From contig NW_021834115.1 of NCBI RefSeq assembly GCF_006345805.1, positions 1-26,568 of the forward strand: DNA of 26,568 nucleotides, in the 5' to 3' direction. Below, piece after piece: positions 21,568 through 26,568 of the stretch. The notes beneath the pieces are model-generated. The model was given only the letters and a program-made list of their open reading frames with translations, was not told the DNA's origin and did no database searches. Position numbers and translations under genes: made by a program. Every line of letters starts with the position of its first letter. Positions within the stretch are counted from its first letter, which is position 1. This DNA is from Octopus sinensis (Eukaryota).

Positions 21568-22015
21568 AATCAATAAGAATTAACGGTGGGAAATTCTGGC
21601 GGCAGAAGTGCAGATGCTGCTATTGTTGTTGTTGTTGGCGGTGGTGGCGATGGAAATGGTGGTGGCGATGATAAGAGTGATGGTCGTGGTCGTACTGACG
21701 AAATGGACAATACTTAAGGAATCTATACAGGCAAGGTCAACGTATGAGATACGAATAAATTCCTTCTCGTAAGCTCTTTAAAAGCTAAACGGAAACGGTA
21801 AGCCGAAGGAATTATAGATCTATTCTAACCGTGATTCCAGCATTAATTAAGGGATTTTAGTGGCTAATGGCGTTCGAATATCGTTTCAGCTATTCAACCA
21901 GTCACTTGTTTTTTCTTTTTTTATGATATTTTCCAGGTATCAGTAATATTTCATTCTTTTGTTATTCCTGTGCACTTTGCAGCCATTTTCCGAATTATTA
22001 TTATTATTATTATTA

Positions 22016-22052
<37 letters not shown>

Positions 22053-22101
22053 AATATCATCATCATCATTATTATCATTATTGTTATTATTATTATTATT
22101 A

Positions 22102-22476
22102 TTTTTTTTTTCTTTTTCTTTCAAATTTGCTTCCATTTCTTGCCGAGTGTCTTCCCGACTCCTAGGGCAAAGAAACTCATAGCATACATTGGTAGGCCAT
22201 TAAACCAAACTCAGTAGTTCATTCATTTTTTTAAATTAAAAAAAAATTTTTTTTCAAGTTAAATTAAAATACATGAGCAGCAACAGTTCTCACATCGACA
22301 ATGCTCTTCTCAATACGTGTGATGTACCAGTTAAGACAATCTTTTGCACTTCTTGCAGGGATGGTAAGCCAGAGATCATTCTCATATAATTTTCGGTTCC
22401 CTTCTTGATCATTCCTAGTGCTCCTACGATCACTGGTATTGTAACCGCCTTGAGATGCCACATTTTCTCAATTTCA
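22102..22476 (-). mobile_element. 5'-truncated R4/Dong-type LINE 3' end
   Basis: The uninterrupted frame 22475-22290 encodes EIEKMWHLKAVTIPVIVGALGMIKKGTENYMRMISGLPSLQEVQKIVLTGTSHVLRRALSM*. A 3' UTR with A-rich tail follows, and (TAA)n lies on both sides. Confidence 0.85.
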
Positions 22477-22552
<76 letters not shown>

Positions 22553-22553
<1 letters not shown>

Positions 22554-22845
22554 TATATTCATATAGACTCAACAGATTAGACTGTTGGAAGAGAAAAGAA
22601 TCCTAACATCGGGCTACAAGTTGCCTTAGATGCCAAAAACCCTCCTAAGTATCCTAGCTGTCCCTAATTACACTGTATTCTGGAGCTGTACGAAAACTGG
22701 CTTTTATGTCTATTTCCTCTATCCATCTGTTCCGATCTTTAGGGATAGTTCCCAATGCACCTACTAGGACACATTTTACTTGCACTTTCCATTGTCTCTG
22801 TAATTCAATAACTAAGTCCTGGTATTTTGCTATTTTTCTATACTT
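22553..22845 (-). mobile_element. 5'-truncated R4/Dong-type LINE 3' end (third subfamily)
   Basis: The decayed frame reads KIAKYQDLVIELQRQWKVQVKCV..LVGALGTIPKDRNRWIEEIDIKAS..VQLQ..LGTARILRRVFGI* (stop 22628-22626). Its 3' end runs into (AAT)n. Confidence 0.85.
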
Positions 22846-22870
22846 CTCTGTCTGTCTGTCTGTCTACCAA

Positions 22871-23125
<255 letters not shown>

Positions 23126-23142
23126 GTACATATGTGTACGTG

Positions 23143-23330
23143 CGCTATGTTACTACACGTGCTGTTGGCAATTTCCTTTCTTTCTTTGAACTTTTCCCTT
23201 TCTCCTCTCCGACGAAGAGCTAAGCTCGAAACGTCAAACTCCCTCTTTTTACCGAGCGTGAAGCTAATATATATTCCTTGTGCACGTCCTCTTGTTGACC
23301 GTCAAATTTTAATATTCGTCAATTTAAAAC
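23143..23330 (+). mobile_element. Penelope-like pseudo-LTR remnant with degenerate hammerhead motif
   Basis: CCGACGA-A-GAGC/TAA/GCTC-GAAA-C-GTC-AAAC at 23209-23239, paralleling the motif at 6554. Boundaries are approximate. Confidence 0.5.
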
Positions 23331-23334
23331 GATT

Positions 23335-23395
<61 letters not shown>

Positions 23396-23463
23396 CGTGC
23401 GTGTGTGTGTGTGTATTTCTTTGTGTATTCCTCAACTATTTAGCACTACCATATCTGAAAATG

Positions 23464-23502
<39 letters not shown>

Positions 23503-23580
23503 GGAAGATAATGAATAGATTTTTGTTTTCTTTTTCTTCGAAGCATTCAAACACCCATAATAAATCAGAAAAATCCAAAT

Positions 23581-23813
23581 GTATATATATATGTTTGTGT
23601 GTCTGTGTTTGTCCCCCTAGCATTGCTTGACAACCGATGCTGGTGTGTTTACGTCCCCGTCACTTAGCGGTTCGGCAAAACAGACCGATAGAATAAGTAC
23701 TGGGCTTACAAAGAATAAGTCCCGGGGTCGATTTGTTCGACTAAAAGCGGTGCTCCAGCATGGCCGCAGTCAAATGACTGAAACAAGTAAAATAGTAAAA
23801 TAGTAAAAGAGTA
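23581..23813 (+). mobile_element. tRNA-derived SINE, family A, 5'-truncated
   Basis: Nearly identical to the 3' half of 25805-26200, with a GTAAAA(T/G)A tail. Confidence 0.9.
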
Positions 23814-24649
23814 TAGGACTAAAAGTAAAAGAAAAATCAATAACCCATCATGACGTTTGTGTTTCCGGTTCCTCTTTCGATATCACAGCCTCGTTTCCGT
23901 TCAAAGTTTTAATCATTTAAGCGTCATTAATTTTTTAAAGCCGTTTGGACAGTCCACTGTCCAATCAGATCATGCTGATGTTATTGGATTGAGACTGAAA
24001 GCAGGGTTTTTAGAACATTTTTCGTCGTATTTATTTCAGCTATCTGCGCTCTGAGCTCGAATCCGACCGAGGTTATAAAGCACCAGACCAGTACTAGGGA
24101 ACGTGTCTTCGAATTGGCACTCCCTGGATTGTAAATTTGAACGTCCGAGCTTGTCGTGCTCCGTCATACTGAATCTGTCTGAGAGATACGTTTTGTTAAA
24201 GACGCACGTATCTGTAGAATATTCAGCCACTTACACGTTAATTTCGCTAGTAATAACACAGTTGATTGGACGAATGAATGCTCATCGTCGACAGTGACGA
24301 AAGATCCACCTTTACAAACAACGATATTGTTTAGTTTATTGTAATCAGTTCGCACAATGGTTGTTGTTGTTTTTGTTGCAGTTTTAGCCTTGACTTCACA
24401 GTCGAATCATTACAGTCTCTCCAATCATGACTAATCCATTGAGGATTTTGTACATCTGGGATTACTTCATCTGGCGTATCTTTCCGTTTTGAATACAAAA
24501 TGCTCGTGATTTGTCTTAGATCTGGCTGATATTTTTAGCAGGCAAACAGATGCTGTTTCGTTGGCATGTTGTTATTATTATTATTATTTAGCCCTAGGTC
24601 AGTCCAGATCGAGAAAGAAAACTATTGACTAGTGCTGTTCCTGCTGTCA

Positions 24650-24845
24650 CCAGATTGTTTTTCGGTTTTTGCAGCATTCGTTTCGACCCCATTCGTTCCG
24701 GGTTCAAACCCCACTGAGGTCAACTTCACTTTCGTCTTTTCGGGGTTGATAAAATAAAGTACCAGTCAAGCACTAGGGTCGATGGTATCAACTATCCCTT
24801 CCCCTTAAATCTGCTGGCTGTGTGCTACAATTTGAAAGTATCATT
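24650..24845 (+). mobile_element. Family B SINE, diverged
   Basis: GGGTTCAAACCCCACTGAGGTCAACTT...CGGGGTTGATAAAATAAAGTACCAGTCAAGCACTAGGGTCGATG. Confidence 0.75.
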
Positions 24846-25198
24846 TGTGTATCTAGGATTCGTTGTTCTGCGTGTCATTCCGCATTTTAAAACGTTAGTT
24901 GTGTGGTTTGAAAGAGGAGTTTTATTTGACTGCTAATTCTAGCATTTTGAGCAACCTTATGTAAGTTTCTTCCCTCCTCGGCTCCAATGTCAATGCTGTG
25001 GTGGTGGGGGTGGTAGAGATGATTATGGTGGTAGAAATAAAGGGCATGATGGGATGGCTGGTCATCACAACCCTTTCATATATTTCACTAACTAACATTT
25101 CATCTATGAGTTATTCTAAAAAGACATCTCCTTAAGGTGCCCCGCAAATCGCTGCTAACATCATGCAAAAATAATTCGTTTTAGTATATAATGAATTA

Positions 25199-25468
25199 GT
25201 GGAGGCACGTGGCTTAGTGGTTAGGGTGTCAGCATCATGATCGTAAGATTATGGTTTCAATTCTTGGATCGGGCAACGCGTTGTGTTCTTGAGCAAAACA
25301 CTTCATTTCACGTTGCTCCAGTCCACTCAGCTGGCAAGAATGAGTAACGCTGCGATCGACTGGCGTCCCGTCCGTCCAGCTGGGGAACACATACGCCATA
25401 GAAACCGGGAAACCGGGCCCATGAGCCTGGCTAGGCTTTAAAAGGGCGCATTTATATTATTATTATTT
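25199..25468 (+). mobile_element. tRNA-derived SINE, family C, full length
   Basis: GTGGAGGCACGTGGCTTAGTGGTTAGGGTGTC (A-box-like), GGTTTCAATTC (B-box-like), GTGTTCTTGAGCAAAACACTT, and a (TTA)n tail. Confidence 0.85.
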
Positions 25469-25804
25469 TATATAATGAATTATTTTACATGTCTGCAATA
25501 TTATATATGTTATAAATCGCATAGTACAATTGTACATTTTACAAACCAATGCAGATATAGAAAGCTAGCTCTTCAGATTCACAAAATTTATATCAAGTTT
25601 TCAATTCCAACGAGAATAATAATGGAAAAAACTCATATCTTTAACTGATGATTACACCATGCATTAACGACAATCGTTTCTATTATGCCAACATATATAG
25701 ATACAAAAGAAGGGTATAAAATTTATCATGAATTACGAATTTATTGGTGTCTCATTGTTTGATATTGTTAACCAAATTCGTTTAACACTGAGTGCTTTAT
25801 AGAC

Positions 25805-26200
25805 GCGCAGGAGTGGCTGTGTGGTAAGTAGCTTGCTAACCAACCACATGGTTCCGGGTTCAGTTCTACTGCGTGACATCTTGGGCAAGTGTCTGTCTGC
25901 TATAGCCCGGGCCGACCAATGCCTTGTGAGTGGATTTGGTAGACGGAAACTGAAAGAAGCCTGTCTTATATTATATATATATATTATATATATGTTTGTG
26001 TCTGTGTTTGTCCCCCTAGCATTGCTTGACAACCGATGCTGGTTTATGTCCCCGTCACTTAGCGTTCGGCAAAAAGACCGATAGAATAAGTACTGGGGCT
26101 TACAAAGAATAAGTCGTGGGGTCGATTGCTCGACTAAAGGCGGTGCTCCAGCATGGCCGCAGTCAAATGACTGAAACAAGTAAAAGAGAGTAAAAGAGTA
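25805..26200 (+). mobile_element. tRNA-derived SINE, family A, full length
   Basis: GCGCAGGAGTGGCTGTGTGGTAAG...GGGTTCAGTTC head, an internal (TA) tract and a GTAAAAGA tail. Confidence 0.93.
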
Positions 26201-26229
26201 TCTGTCTTGATTTATTAATCCCTTTTACT

Positions 26230-26271
<42 letters not shown>

Positions 26272-26568
26272 ACACACACATGTACTTAGGTTTTGATTAT
26301 AGGAAATTATTTCAAACGGGAACATACCATATTCTCCATTTATCTCCTTCAATTAAAACTCTCAATCAATTAAGAGTTTCAACGAATGTCATTCCGTTTC
26401 TCACTAAATCTATTCCACTTCTCTCCATCACGCCACTTAAATCAATACATATTCACTTAACCTGCCAGCGAGGAATTCTAATACACGCTTCATGCTTTCT
26501 TTCCTTCCTTCGTTTTCTTTACCTTTCTTCTTCTTCTTTTTTGTTTCCCTCTCTCCCCTCTCTCCTCC

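Overview
AT-rich, repeat-saturated animal genomic DNA. The SINE and MITE families look like those of octopod cephalopods (Octopus-like; recognised from memory, not database-checked). No intact protein-coding gene is supportable: nearly all ORFs in the track are translations of microsatellites, so the window is probably intronic or intergenic. It holds about 13 tRNA-derived SINE copies from at least four families and a TTAA-flanked piggyBac-type MITE with a nested SINE. It also holds a complete 397-bp non-autonomous Helitron, two Tc1/mariner transposase 3' remnants, and three R4/Dong-type (REL endonuclease) LINE 3' ends, all bordering (TAA)n tracts. The most interesting signal is a set of up to seven hammerhead-ribozyme-like motifs in unrelated, mostly (TA)n-embedded repeats. 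One (15134-15207) has a fully intact catalytic core. Up to three sit in or at the loops of long inverted repeats, the architecture expected of Penelope-like retroelement pseudo-LTRs. Also notable are a textbook branch point/polypyrimidine/AG|GTAAGT site at 5577 (candidate recursive splice site or terminal exon) and several long foldbacks that would be dsRNA if transcribed.
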